This document shows positions 39,557 to 64,000 of a stretch of 64,000 nucleotides of DNA, one piece after another (positions within the stretch are counted from its first letter, which is position 1; the number at the start of each line of letters is the position of its first letter). The notes beneath the pieces were generated by a model. It did not search any database. It was not told where the DNA came from and saw only the letters and a program-made list of their open reading frames with translations. Origin of the DNA: Octopus vulgaris (Eukaryota); NCBI GenBank assembly GCA_951406725.2, contig OX597817.1:55366001-55430000 (forward strand). Reading direction: 5' to 3'. Both the position numbers and the translations under genes were made by a program.

Positions 39557-39883
39557 ATGGCTCAGTGGTTAGAACGGGATCACAATCGTGGGGTTGTGAG
39601 TTCGATTCCTGGATCTGGGCGTGTGTTTGGTTCTTGAATAAGATATTTTATTTCACATTGCTCCGATTCATTCAGCTGTCGAAATGAGTTATGACGCAAT
39701 TGGTACAAAGTTATGTCGACCTTGGCTTTCTCTTGGATCATCACCGGCGTGGAGAGGAGAGGCTGATATGCATGGGTAACTGTTACATGGGTAACTGATA
39801 TGCATGGGTAACAATGTTGGCCGGACTAGCGCATTGGAAATGCAATCCCATGTTCATTCATGACCGGGCAGGGGCTTTACCCT
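39557..39883 (+). mobile_element. tRNA-derived SINE family C (fragment also at ~22715-22780, minus strand)
   Basis: A-box TGGCTCAGTGG, B-box GAGTTCGATTCC, then TTTCACATTGCTCC..TTCA.TCAGCTG. Confidence 0.7.
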
Positions 39884-39901
39884 TCATATATATATATATG
39901 T

Positions 39902-39944
<43 letters not shown>

Positions 39945-40026
39945 AATATATATATGTACATAAAAGTGAGATACATATAGACTGACGTATATATGTTTAC
40001 AGATGTGTCCAACATATATATGTATG

Positions 40027-40085
<59 letters not shown>

Positions 40086-40086
<1 letters not shown>

Positions 40087-40246
40087 CTCTTTTATTTGTT
40101 TGTCATTTGTCTGCGGCTATGCTGGAGCACCGCTTTTCAGTCGAACAAATGCAAGACTCATTCTTTCTAAGCCTAGTACTTTCTCTATCGTTTCTTTTGC
40201 CGGTTGTCAAGTGATGGCGGGGGGAGACAAACACAGTCAGAAACAT

Positions 40247-40290
<44 letters not shown>

Positions 40291-40420
40291 ACAAACAGAT
40301 TCCGTCTATCCGCTCACAAGGCTTTGGTCGACCCGAGACTATATTAGAAGACAGTTGCCTAAGGTGCCACACAGTGGGACTGAACCGGAAACCATGTGGT
40401 TGGTAAGCAAGATTCTTACC
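40086..40420 (-). mobile_element. SINE family B with deletions
   Basis: Family B motifs in reverse complement. Confidence 0.8.
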
Positions 40421-41072
40421 ATGTGTATATGAGTTAACGTGTGGGCTTTCTATGTGTATATGTTGGGTGTTTGTGTTTGTGAACACTGCAAACAAAAAAA
40501 AATTTCAACTGCATCAAGGATTTCGTCCATCTGATCAACTTAGATTCATCTGCTAATGATTTTATTGGTCTGCAATCGAACAGTGGAACTACAAGAATGC
40601 ACCATACACACCATCACAGACAGAATATATCATCTATAGCTCCAGCCAAATGTAAATTACACGTATACTTATGTATATATATACATATACATACATAAAT
40701 ACATGTATATATATACATATACATATATTCATGTATATATATATATATATGTATATGTATATATATAAATGTGTGTGTATATATATATTTCTATGTGGAT
40801 ATATGGATCTATATATGTATGTTTGTATGTTTGTATGTATGTATACAAACTCATAGATGAATAAGCATAAATATAGTGTATGTCTCTCTCCATCTCCCTT
40901 TCTCTCTATATATAAAACATATAGGTATATATTTCATCTATATTATATATATAATATATATCTATATATCATATATATTATATGCTAAATAAAAATTATA
41001 TCTATAGACATACTAAGAAATTTTATGCATATATATATATATATATTATATACATATATATAAGGTATATAT

Positions 41073-41344
41073 CCTTTACTCTTTTAATTGTTTCAGTCAT
41101 TTTGACTGCGGTCATGCTGGAGCACCACTTTTAGTCGAGCAACTCGACCACAGGACTTATTCTTTGTAAGCCTAGTACTTATTCTACCGGTTTCTTTCAC
41201 CGAAGTGCTAAGTTCCGGGGATGCAAACACACCAGCATCGTTTGTCAAGCGATGTTGGGGAAACAACACAGACACACAAACATATACACACACACATAAA
41301 TACATGCATACATACATACATACATACATATATATATATATATG

Positions 41345-41377
<33 letters not shown>

Positions 41378-41407
41378 GACAGGTCTCTTTCAGTTTCCGT
41401 CTACCAA

Positions 41408-41408
<1 letters not shown>
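41073..41408 (-). mobile_element. SINE family B, 3' two-thirds
   Basis: Family B tail and body in reverse complement. Confidence 0.8.
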
Positions 41409-41447
<39 letters not shown>

Positions 41448-42008
41448 GTATACATATATATATGTAGATATATGCATACATACATTCATACATATGTATG
41501 TATTTAAAAACATGTTACATATATACAGGCGCATTTGTGTGTGTATGCGTGTACGTATTTAAATGAGTATGTATAATTGACGGTTGTATGTATGAATGTC
41601 TGCGTGTTCACACACACACACGAATACGCACACACATACACACATACACACCCCCCACACACATACGCATATTTCATGCAGTGAAACCCGCATATTATAT
41701 GCATATACTTATATATACAAACGAATTTCCTAAAATGAGTCTAAAACTATGAGGGATTATAATTTCGTCACAAAAATAAAATTTAATCCGTACAGGACAA
41801 TATTTCAGGTAAAAAAAAAATAAATACACATTGTCTACAAATAGGTGCATGACTTACTTATCAACACACGTTGTTGATTGTTTTCACATATGCTTATATA
41901 CTCTATAATTAAACATAAATTATTTCTATATACGTATATTAATAATAATTGTCCATAGATACATATATAAACTAGTAGATATAAATATATATATATATTT
42001 ATACATAC

Positions 42009-42040
<32 letters not shown>

Positions 42041-42202
42041 ATAAACCTGTATACATATATATATGTACACACACATATATATATATGTGATGATCCGGTT
42101 CCTGACTCAAGATTAGAGGCTTCGAATGACCCGTCCGTTTTTTGTGTCGTCTCTGTGTATTTTGCGTTCTTGTCCCATTTTGTATTTTTATATATAATTT
42201 TT

Positions 42203-42239
<37 letters not shown>

Positions 42240-42305
42240 ACATATATATATAGAGAGAGAGAAAGGGGGATAGTTAGATAGATAGATAGTTAGATATATA
42301 GGTAA

Positions 42306-42341
<36 letters not shown>

Positions 42342-42937
42342 ATTGATAGATAGATAAATAGATAGATAAAGACACATGTATATTAACCACTTAATATATA
42401 TAAATGACGTATTTGTTCAATATATACCTGATACACACTCACACACACATGCATATATGCGTAGATATGTCTATAATTTTACTGTAATATACATTGGTAC
42501 ATGTATTCAAAATAAATGTATATATACAGCAGTAAATGCGGACGAGGGCGGCGGCGCCAAAATCCCTCATGCAGCAAATGTAAAGTTCTAGAAAGAATTA
42601 GTGAAGTAAACATTATTGTAGCAACACCAAGTGTTCGTGCTCCAGCATGGGCACACCTCGTGAACGGAAACTAGTTCAATTCAATTCCTACATAATAATA
42701 TATTTAGATTAAAAATGCATGAATATATATGTATATATATATATATATATATATGTTTATATACAGCAGGAAGTGAAGTAAATATGGTAAAAAGACTTAG
42801 TGGTATTTATATGGATAGATAGATATGAATATGCAATTTGATGCATCTATATTTATATATGCATAGGTGTACATTTATCCATAGGTACTTATATCTGTGT
42901 ATATATATATATATGTATGTATAGATATGTACGTGTA

Positions 42938-43029
<92 letters not shown>

Positions 43030-43739
43030 CATACAAATATAAGAGACTGTATATTTCTAGGCGTTTACCATTCTTTTATAAACTGACTATAATAATCTAT
43101 ATCTGGTCATGTGTTTTTTAATATAAATATCTGTCCACGTATATGCATGTACATATTTGTGTGTGTGTGTGTGTGTGTGTGTGAGTATGCGTGTATGCAT
43201 GCTTGCATACCAGTTGGTGTTATACACCCTTCACTTTGTTTCTTAGTGCATATATCCATACCCGTATCTGTACCTTTTTGACACTGTTCCGGTTAGGTGA
43301 TTACTAGGTGATGATGCCGATAGTGATGATGATGTAGATGATGACGAGAAGGAAGAGGAGGGCAACCATGATGACGACGATGACAATGATGACGGAGATG
43401 GAGACAAGGACAACAATGAAGTGGATGATGATTGTGGCGGTGATGGTTTTTAAGATAGTTTTAATAATGAAATAATTGCATGTGTTTCTATATAATTTTC
43501 TTCAACTCACCATCATCCATCGCAGTATTATTTTTCTAAGGATTATTGCACATTCACCCCTGTAAATAAATATCAATTCAACAAATATGAATTGAACTAT
43601 GGCGTAGCATGCCATAATATGATGAGATATTAACACAAGATGCTTTGCTGGAGATAGATATTTCGTTGACTATTAGACTCATCAGCCCGCGTCACCTTAA
43701 GTAAGTCTCACGATAGAAGTAATAATTGCAAATAGGTGA

Positions 43740-50100
<6,361 letters not shown>

Positions 50101-50121
50101 ATGAAATAATAATAATTGTGT

Positions 50122-50619
50122 AAGGGGGTCGATCCAATCGACCGGCACTTTCCCCAAAATTTTCGGGTTTTGTTCCTAGAGAAGAAATGAATATTCTAGC
50201 GACGATCTGGAAGAAACTTTAGCACGCCAGGCAAAATGCTTAGTGGTATTTCGTCTGCTGCCACGTTCTAAGTTCAAATTCCACCGAGGTCGACTTTGCC
50301 TTTCACCCTTACGGGATCGATAAATTAAGTACCAGTTACTCACTGGGGTCAATGTAATCGACTTAATACCTATGTCTGTCCTTGTTTGTCCCCTCTATTT
50401 TTAGACCCTTGTGGGTAATAAAGAAATAGAAATAGGTATTTCGTCTGTGTATACGGTCTGAGTTCAAATTCAATGCATACTCGGCTTACAAAGAATAATT
50501 CCTGGGTCGCTTCTTCGACTAAAAAAACCTTGAAGGTGGTGCATCAGCATGGTCGCACCAAATGACTGAAAGAAGATGGTCGCAGCCAAATGACTGAAAG
50601 AAGTAAAAAGAATAAAAGA

Positions 50620-50620
<1 letters not shown>
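50122..50620 (+). mobile_element. SINE family A modules joined to a family B 3' part with duplicated tail
   Basis: Family A motifs at 50122-50470; GGCTTACAAAGAATAA...CAGCATGGTCGCA.CAAATGACTGAAAGAAG (twice) at 50483-50620. Confidence 0.8.
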
Positions 50621-50652
<32 letters not shown>

Positions 50653-50790
50653 GTACGTGTGTATGTATGTATGTATGTATGTATGTATGTATGTATGTAT
50701 GTATGTATGTATGTATGTATGTATTTATGTATGTATGTATGCATGCATGCATGTATGTATGTATGTATGTATGTATATATGTATGTATGT

Positions 50791-51195
50791 CATTGTTCAG
50801 TTTTATTTCAAGATTTCTTGGCAATAGAGAAAAGAGCCGGTTTCTAATCCAGATCCAAGATCCCTTCATTGAATGTTCAACATCTATAACGGTATTTTTG
50901 TTTGTATGTATGTATGTATGTATGTATGTATGTATGTATGTATTTGCAGATTTGTATGTTTTATGTTTTATGTACGTATTCTCACGTATATAGTTATATA
51001 TCTTGACATGTTCATATCTATTTAAATGATAAACTTCTGGAAAGTTTTACAGATGTTTACAGTTGCAATGATGGATTGAATCTGCATTCTGCGAATTAGG
51101 TTCCTTCTTTCTTGTTTTGAGAAGCCTAATTTCTCAAGATTAGTATTTAGGCAGTGTTTACACATCCCAGGACCCCAATAATTACTTGTATGAAA
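50791..51195 (-). mobile_element. R4-like LINE 3' end terminating in (CATA)n
   Basis: FIQVIIGVLG..HCLNTNLEKLGFSKQERRNLIRRMQIQSIIATVNICKTFQKFII*, homologous to the C-terminus at 29077-29260. Confidence 0.8.
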
Positions 51196-52137
51196 TCCCT
51201 ATTCAAAATCCCTATTCCGTTACGTTTCACACATACTCGCACGCAAGTAGCACGCGCACACACCTACACACATGTAAGTACATGCATATTAGGTCATGCG
51301 TGTCATGTGTGTCATACATATACAGGAGCGTGATTCTCAACGCGATCCAAAGAACTTACTGAAATGCTAGGAATATTTACTCACCCAAAAATATTTTTAA
51401 GTAACTAAAGAATTCAGGTGTAGCCCTAGCTACAGCATTCTCGAACATGACTATGCTGACAAGCACACAATACCAGCACACACTGAGCCATCGACGAAGT
51501 CTGTAATTGATTGACTTGCTGGAATTTATAGCTAAATCTTCTCCATATCTCATCCGACAGTTTTAGAAAATATAAGACTTTGGATAATGAAAAGTGGGCA
51601 AAAAGTACCTAGGCGAAAATTAAAAGACGTTCGATGTTCAATCTAGCGTGTCGTTGTTCATTGAGTGGGTCAATCTGAGTTGAACTGGACCTAAATGAAA
51701 ACACCAGTATCACCACCTCCTCCAAGAACAAAGCTGAAGATGACTACCACAAAGGATAAATACATAGCTGCCCTTTTTTTTTTCAACGTAACACCAATTC
51801 TGTTGCTAAATGCCAACCGTAACAGAAATGAAAAGAATTTGTCAGCTTCAATGGAGCAGTAAGGGTTCTGTGTGCTAAAATGACTGAGCCGACAATCACA
51901 TCACACCCAGCCTCATTTTGTATCCTTCCGTATAGTGAAACTATTAACGTCGTTAAAATGTTCCACTGTACATTGATAAGAATGTTCCCTTCTACCATTG
52001 ATCTGTGGTCACAGGAGAAAAAAAAACCCATATTCGGTCGCACAAACAACATAGATTAAAAACAACTAAATTTAGCTAATAGAGACATTAATATTTCTAA
52101 ATCTCTGAAAGAGAGATATTCAGTAACAGTTGTTTAA

Positions 52138-52348
52138 AGTAAAGACTATTTGCCAACATAATATGGCAGTCCTGGAAGGGACGAATGTTACTGTTGTTTA
52201 ACTCCATGAAACATCTTTTCCAGTTAGATATACGACATAATTCTCCTGTTCGAAAATATAAGTTGGAAATGATGTTTCCTGGGGCTAAACAACAGTAACA
52301 TTCGTCCCTTCCAGGACAGCCACATTATGTTGGCAAATAGTCTTTACT
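52138..52348. mobile_element. Fold-back MITE with TTAA TSD (Kolobok-like termini AG...CT)
   Basis: ~90-bp inverted arms AGTAAAGACTATTTGCCAACATAAT... / ...ATTATGTTGGCAAATAGTCTTTACT; TTAA at 52134-52137 and 52349-52352. Confidence 0.8.
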
Positions 52349-52374
52349 TTAAATTTAGCAATATATACACTATA

Positions 52375-52590
52375 TTGGTTTCAAGTGTTGACACAAAGCC
52401 GGCAATTTCGAGTTGGGTGTCAGTCGATTACACCGACCCCAGTACTCAACAGGTAATTATTTCATTGAACTCGGAAGGATCAATGGCAAAATCTAACTCT
52501 GCGGAATTTGAACTCAGAACGTAAAGACGGACGAAATGCCGCTCAGCATTTTGACCCGGTTCTGCACGCTCTTGCAAGCTCCAACGATTC
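52375..52590 (-). mobile_element. SINE family A (diverged)
   Basis: GCGGAATTTGAACTCAGAACGTAAAGACGGACGAAAT on the plus strand. Confidence 0.75.
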
Positions 52591-53394
52591 TACAAGTTCT
52601 TGTCTTATTAATATGTACAATATATTACCTACGAGGTATCTGTAGTTCTATTGCAAATCTTTAGGATCATATCGGACTGCTAGATTATCTCTCAAATATA
52701 TTTTATCCCTATATCAATATTTGCTTTTGTTTAGGCCCAATTTAGCGATTATTGCCACTGAAAACATTTGGGTTATGAACAGTACCCCATTCAACGAGTC
52801 TGCAAACTGATATAAGTCCTTACCTTTCCCAGGGAAGAAGGATGCGATTTGAGGGATTTTAAACTGATATTTCTATCATGTTGGCCCACTACGACGAAGC
52901 TCCCTCCTTCAATCCCAAAACCAATATTTTGTTTCTGACAGACCTCAGGTTCTCAACGACAACTTCTTGGAAGACCAGATAAATACAGAGTTATCACAAC
53001 ACGTCTGGAAGCTAATTTGTTTCCACAGAATTCTCTATTTGGAATAAACGACTCACCATTCCATCAGACATAAAAATACTTTCAATAGTTTGCTCTACAA
53101 ATGTGGAGATGATTGCTAGAATATTCTCTGACCATTGTACAATAATAGAATGTTCCGTGTATGAAAGGAAAGTATCTGGAGGTCAGCACCTGCTCCAAAG
53201 TGCACCTAAAATCTGTCAACTTTGGTGTTTGGCAAAGCAATCAATTAAGGAATAAATCTGAAAGTTGAACTATCCAACATTCTGTTTAAGACAGCGGCCA
53301 TGAAGCTGTAATAATTTATATCAAAAATGAAAGTTATAAGTCTTAAATATGTCACTGAGCCAGAGGCCGGCTAATCTGATCAAAAATTCATATG

Positions 53395-55269
<1,875 letters not shown>

Positions 55270-55290
55270 GTTGTTGTTGTTGTTGTTGTT

Positions 55291-57005
<1,715 letters not shown>

Positions 57006-57026
57006 GTTGTTGTTGTTGTTGTTGTT

Positions 57027-59071
<2,045 letters not shown>

Positions 59072-59562
59072 GAGTGAGCGAGCAGAGCATGCCATCAAAG
59101 TGACACTGGGGTAAAATATACGAAGCCCAGCATACCCATCATGACTACCCGTCTGATAAGGGTACACCAGGCACATGCATCACAACCATATGTGCGCGAC
59201 ATGGTGATCTCATATCAAGATAAACAGCACATGACCTTGCAGGTGGAGCCCAGTTAGAATTTTCTTCAGATCGAGTAACCCATCCCACTCAAAAGGTCCC
59301 TGAATAAGGGTTGTTTAAGGACGTTGAACGAAACACCCATGTTTCCAGAGGTGAATTATCCAAACCCCAAAGAATCCCTCTCAACACATGGCTATGATGC
59401 TCCCCCACTACTTCTGCTCGTGATCAGAGATGCACATATCGTCAGCCACTAAGGGACATGCTCAACTGGTTAAGGTCAAACAACTGACAAGCAAAACTGT
59501 AGTATTGAGCAGAATATTTGCTGTAGCCCATCTTTTATACCAAGACAAAACAATGTACATGA
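59072..59562 (-). mobile_element. Non-LTR retroposon 3' segment within (TTA)n; homologue of 27981-28535
   Basis: Reverse complement aligns by eye along its whole length. Confidence 0.8.
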
Positions 59563-59646
<84 letters not shown>

Positions 59647-59664
59647 CATCATCATCATCATTAT

Positions 59665-59875
59665 TTAGGCAGAATTATTTGTACGCCGGGCGAAATGCTT
59701 ATGGTATTTCGTCTGTATCCACGATCTGTGTTCAAATTCCGCCGAGGTCGAATACTGCCTGTCATCATTTCAGGGTCGATAAATTAAGTACCAGTTACAC
59801 ACTGGGATCGGTGCAACCGACTAGTCACCTCCCACCAAATGTGAGTCCTTGTGGCTCCAGTAGAAAGAATCATTA
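59665..59875 (+). mobile_element. SINE family A
   Basis: CGCCGGGCGAAATGCTT...GTTCAAATTCCGCCGAGGTCGA...GGGTCGATAAATTAAGTACCAGTT. Confidence 0.85.
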
Positions 59876-60027
59876 CTATTTATTTCTAATTAGCATGTTT
59901 GTTACAATTACTTACCGAAACACACCCAGCGAGTGAAGAATAAGAGATGTTACAGTATGGCCGAAAATTTAGGGAGACGAGGTGGCAGGGGCAGTCACGA
60001 ATTATCTTCATGTAATACGACATAAAC

Positions 60028-60890
60028 ATTTAAATTGATAGGGTTTTTCTAAAGATATGAGCAGTACTTCTCAGCAAAATCTTGTGGATTTCTGTGAGAC
60101 ATGGTTCTCCTGGGATATTATCTAGATGTTTTTGACATCCCCTTTCTTATCATACCTAGGACACCTACAATGACAGGAACAGATGTATTTTTATCAGTGG
60201 GAACACTTACATCTATAAGTCAACACGTATTTTCTTCTTTGTCTTTATGACTATGTTTGGCGAATTAGCCTGGATCTTTCTGTTAGTGTTGGCTGGAAAA
60301 TCCCAGAAGATAGTAACATTTTTACCGTCACCGACTGCCTCGGGTTGAGTCAGTGAGCAGGCGTGCTAATTTTGTAGTGTTTACATATTTTCCAATGTAA
60401 ATACTGTCCTGCCCTATTGTGGCATGTTTTGTATTTGTTTGCTGTCAGCACAGGACATCCCGAGACGAGATGGTCTATTGTTTCGTCAAATGTGTCATAG
60501 AATCTGCATTGAGGGTCAGAACTGTTTTGAAAAGCGATAGCCTGGTAGTTTTGGACAAGCAAGCTTTGATTTTGTGCTGCGAATATGAAACATGCAGTCT
60601 CTGCTTTCAGCCCTGAAATTCTCAATCACTAATGGGTTGTTTACATCAGCATTTCGACTACCAGGCTATCAAAACAGTTATGAACCTCAATGCAGATTCT
60701 GCATACTTATATACTATCCATGCAGAGGCTTCTGGCCCTCTCTCTTCAATTCATTTCTGCTCGTATTTTGCAGTCTGCTCGATCCATTTTGCATGTTGCG
60801 TGGCACTGGTTTCAGGTTCTTCATCTAATTCAGGGTTAACGCCAAGTTTCCTTGCGAATTTCCATGCTTCTTTGACAACAGAATGTGATT
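60028..60890 (-). mobile_element. R4/Dong-like LINE remnant (CCHC finger, RLE, C-terminus)
   Basis: GLKAETACFIFAAQNQSL...CRF....ETIDHLVSGCPVL...HNRAGQYLHWKIC; NVTIFWDF; VPVIVGVLGMI; STAHIFRKTLSI*. Confidence 0.85.
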
Positions 60891-60960
60891 TGTTGTTGTT
60901 GTTGTTGTTGTTCTTCTTCTTCTTCTTCTTCTTCTTCTTCTTCTTCTTCTTCTTCTTCTT

Positions 60961-61087
<127 letters not shown>

Positions 61088-61335
61088 GCATTCCTAAATG
61101 TCTTAGCTGCCCTTAAAAACACTGTTTTCTGAAGCTGTCATAAACTAGGCTTTATGCATATTTCCTCCATCTTGCTATTCCTGCCCTTGGGTGGTGCTCT
61201 CCATTCATATTGAATTGTTCCTTAGTTCTTCTGTCTAACTTTGCTAGTCCTTTTTTTGTCCAATCTATAAAAGCTACAGAGTATCTAAGTAAAGATATTG
61301 CCGAAGTATTTACAGTCTTCACCAGATTCGGACCA
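61088..61335 (-). mobile_element. R4/Dong-like RT thumb fragment
   Basis: NLVKTVNTSAISLLRYSVAFIDWTKKGLAKLDRRTK...HHPRA. Confidence 0.7.
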
Positions 61336-61413
61336 GTTCCTTATCATCCATTCATACACCACAAGATATGGCAATATCTGTGATTTTGTTTTCCCTCATC
61401 ATTTTATTAACTA

Positions 61414-61803
61414 CTAGCAGTATCACCCGGCGTTGCTCGGGTTTGTTTCGACCCTTTAGAATTGGAATTTTTGAAAAGTAAAACTTTTACATTATGTAGC
61501 TTGTTATTCTCTTTAGTGAAAATTTTCTGGTTGAAATACACTGAAAAATGGTGACACAGCAGTCAAAAAATCGTAAAAAATAGGGATTTTCATTGAAAAA
61601 AGCACCTTTTTGATGTAAATAATTTTTGGTGTTATCATGGTCCGATTTGAATTCTTTTCTTCTACGGAAGGAAGACCAAGCCTTTTTCTATCATACTCTC
61701 AATTTTGGTCAACTTGCGCCGCAGGGTCTCTGAGGAGATAGTGTTAGTTGAAGGCTACCAAACTTGCCATACACAGACAACTTCAGCTTTATGTATAGAG
61801 AGA
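61414..61803 (-). mobile_element. Non-autonomous Helitron
   Basis: Minus strand starts TC(TCTCTATACATAAAG), has subterminal hairpin CCCG-AGCAACGC-CGGG, ends CTAG, and sits between host A and T with no TSD. Confidence 0.8.
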
Positions 61804-61949
61804 TAATAGTGTCTCCAAGCAGCAGTCCCTGAATTTCAATGGATTGTAAAATCCAACAAAATTCTATACTCACTATTTTCAATGACACCTTCTAGTTTAC
61901 GCTCGAACCATTTCAATGACCATTCAGAACCGTACCTCTCACACATTCT

Positions 61950-63030
61950 TCAATGATGACGTTATGAGGACACTTTTTGAGACATTTGATACACTCACTC
62001 AAAATATGTGAAACTGTTTAAATTTTGAACCTAAAACATCCTACAGAGCGGTGATTCATTACACTTATCTATTTAGATGTTGGTGTAGTTTGTTCACTAA
62101 GTTTGTACCTGAGCGCTGTATTTGAGTGCCTCATTGTATCTATCCTTTTAGATTACTTTTCCGTAACCGTCTCCAATTGTTGATCGTGTATTTCCTTTCC
62201 ATTTCTCTGTAGAATTGCCTATGCATCGCTTTCACTTTCCACTTGTTCATTCTTTGCTCTTCATCTTGTTTTTTTAAAATTCTTTTGGGTGTGTCACATT
62301 TTCACTATTTCTGACAAAAACAACCAAAGATTCAATCTCCTGTTTGACAAATCATCGCAGACTTTTTTATCTTTATTGGCAACGTAGATCTTGCATCACG
62401 AAACCTATTCCACGAAACCTATTTCACCTGTGTTTCTAGATACGTACAATCTACCGACATCTATTTAAGGTGCATTTTCTTGTCCATTTTCGTCACTTTC
62501 CCGGTTTTTCTATCAATTTCTTCAAGCTCGTTATTTGTCATTCTGACATCACCTGCACCAAATTGAATTAAGGCGATTGCCTGTATATTCATTACAATGA
62601 TCTTGTTCTATCCATTCTTAGAAATTAATTTGGTTCTCCTAAAGTATTCTCGCCTAAAACTTTCCTTCATCTCCCTCGACTTGGTTATGTTGTACTCCAA
62701 AATATCAACCCCCTTAACATCTTAATTCTCTCACAGTTGGGAAGTTCTGTACCATCTGATAATACTTCGCCTTTTTTAATGATGAGCACACCACACTTAT
62801 TAATCCCAAATTCCATGCCGATATCCTTATTGAATATTGGCTCACTTGAAATGACCATTTCTTTCACGCTCATTCATACCGAAGATCTTTAAGTCAGCCA
62901 TTTACGAGTGATTCGACTTTTCTCCATTTTCGAAGTCTACCCCGATGTCAATCTTCGTAATATCTGTGTTAGGGGTATCATAAAAAATCACAAACAGCGA
63001 GGGTGAAAGACTATCTCCCTGTATTATACC
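61950..63030 (-). mobile_element. R4/Dong-like LINE RT core remnant
   Basis: GIIQGDSLSPSLFVIFMIPL, MADLKIFG (decayed MDDLK), DIGMEFGINKC. Confidence 0.85.
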
Positions 63031-63409
63031 TATCTACTTGTAGGCAATGGGTAGAAGGGTTTTTAAAAAGTTGTAATGTGCCACTATTAATTTAAATTGG
63101 CGGTGTAGAAGGTACCAGGTTTAGAAGTGTGTTTACACTTTTTGTCAGAGGAAGAACATTAACCTAGTTGACCATTCTGAAGGTTTCCGAGAATTGTGGA
63201 GAAAGGAAGGAAAAAAGAAATAACGAACAAACGAACGAACGAAAGAAAGAAAGAACGAACGAAGGGAGAATGTATACTGAAACTAGAGCTTTCAGCTGAC
63301 TTCATGCAATACAGTCCCTTTGATAGAGGTTTCCAAGGACCTAGTTGGGATTTTAAATCGGGAAGTAAATTAACTGTACCACTTTAAGAAAGAATCACTT
63401 CATTTCTCT

Positions 63410-63463
63410 GAAATTTCTTGACGCAATGATATTAGGGAAATTTCTTGACGCAATGATATTAGG
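63410..63463. repeat. 27-bp direct tandem duplication
   Basis: GAAATTTCTTGACGCAATGATATTAGG twice. Confidence 0.9.
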
Positions 63464-64000
63464 GAAAGGAAAACGAAAATTCTATTGAATTCATGTAAAA
63501 CGGAAATCTTAATGAAACACTGGTTGTAAATTGCAGAATTTCAACAATAAATGTAAAGTTTAGAGTGGGCATGGTAGCCAGCGCTTTGTTGATTGTGCTT
63601 CAATAGAGCTGAATAGATCAAGGAATGTTGGATGGAATTATTAAGAGAATCCCTAGAGAGATTCTGCAGCTTAGTAACCGGGAAAGACATTAAGAGCTAC
63701 AAATGACAGAGCAAAGAGAGATGGAGATATGAGAACATGAATGATGTAAATAACGATTCGAAAGTTAAAATGGATCGTTGCAGTGTGATGAAATATTGCA
63801 TGGGGAATAAGGATCAGGAAATAATGATGTTCTTTTAAGAGAGAAGCAAAAGGTACAACGATGAACGTTGGGGGCAGAGGTGAAATGTTGGCAATCGAGA
63901 AAGAAGAATGATTAGAGACAAAATAAATGGAAGATGGAACGAAATCCAGTCGTATCTAAAAGAGAAGCTGTAACACATCTGAAAAGAAGTGAGGTTTAAG

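Noticed and set aside
39557-39612. tRNA gene
   Set aside because: A and B boxes are present but there is no cloverleaf, and it continues into a SINE body; treated as a SINE head.
43305-43452. Acidic Asp/Glu-rich reading frame
   Set aside because: Degenerate (GAT)n tract; short, with a weak acceptor and no supporting exons.
51783-52052. 89-aa non-repetitive ORF (-)
   Set aside because: No recognisable domain or convincing splice signals; length compatible with chance.

Overview
AT-rich, microsatellite-saturated eukaryotic DNA. The SINE families and repeat landscape point to an octopus (coleoid cephalopod) genome; this is an inference from recognised repeat motifs. No confident cellular protein-coding gene is visible, and nearly all long ORFs in the track are read-throughs of (TA)n, (CA)n, (TCTA)n, (TAA)n or (ACN)n tracts. 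Retroelement content: about 25 copies or fragments of tRNA-derived SINEs, many decayed R4/Dong-like RLE LINE pieces, L1/Tx1-like and RTE pieces, and a Penelope-like (GIY-YIG) element. DNA-transposon content: three non-autonomous elements (hAT-like, Kolobok-like, Helitron). The most interesting signal is about 10 type-I hammerhead ribozyme motifs. Three have the full canonical core (two with intact stem I), and four variant-core motifs sit in ~150-200 bp non-coding elements embedded in (TA)n tracts, resembling retrozymes or solo Penelope pLTRs. Different retroelement families also appear partitioned among different microsatellite landing sites (TA, TAA, CATA, TCTA). The duplications and 1.2-1.5 kb perfect (TTA)n tracts at 53.4-59.1 kb may be partly assembly artefact.
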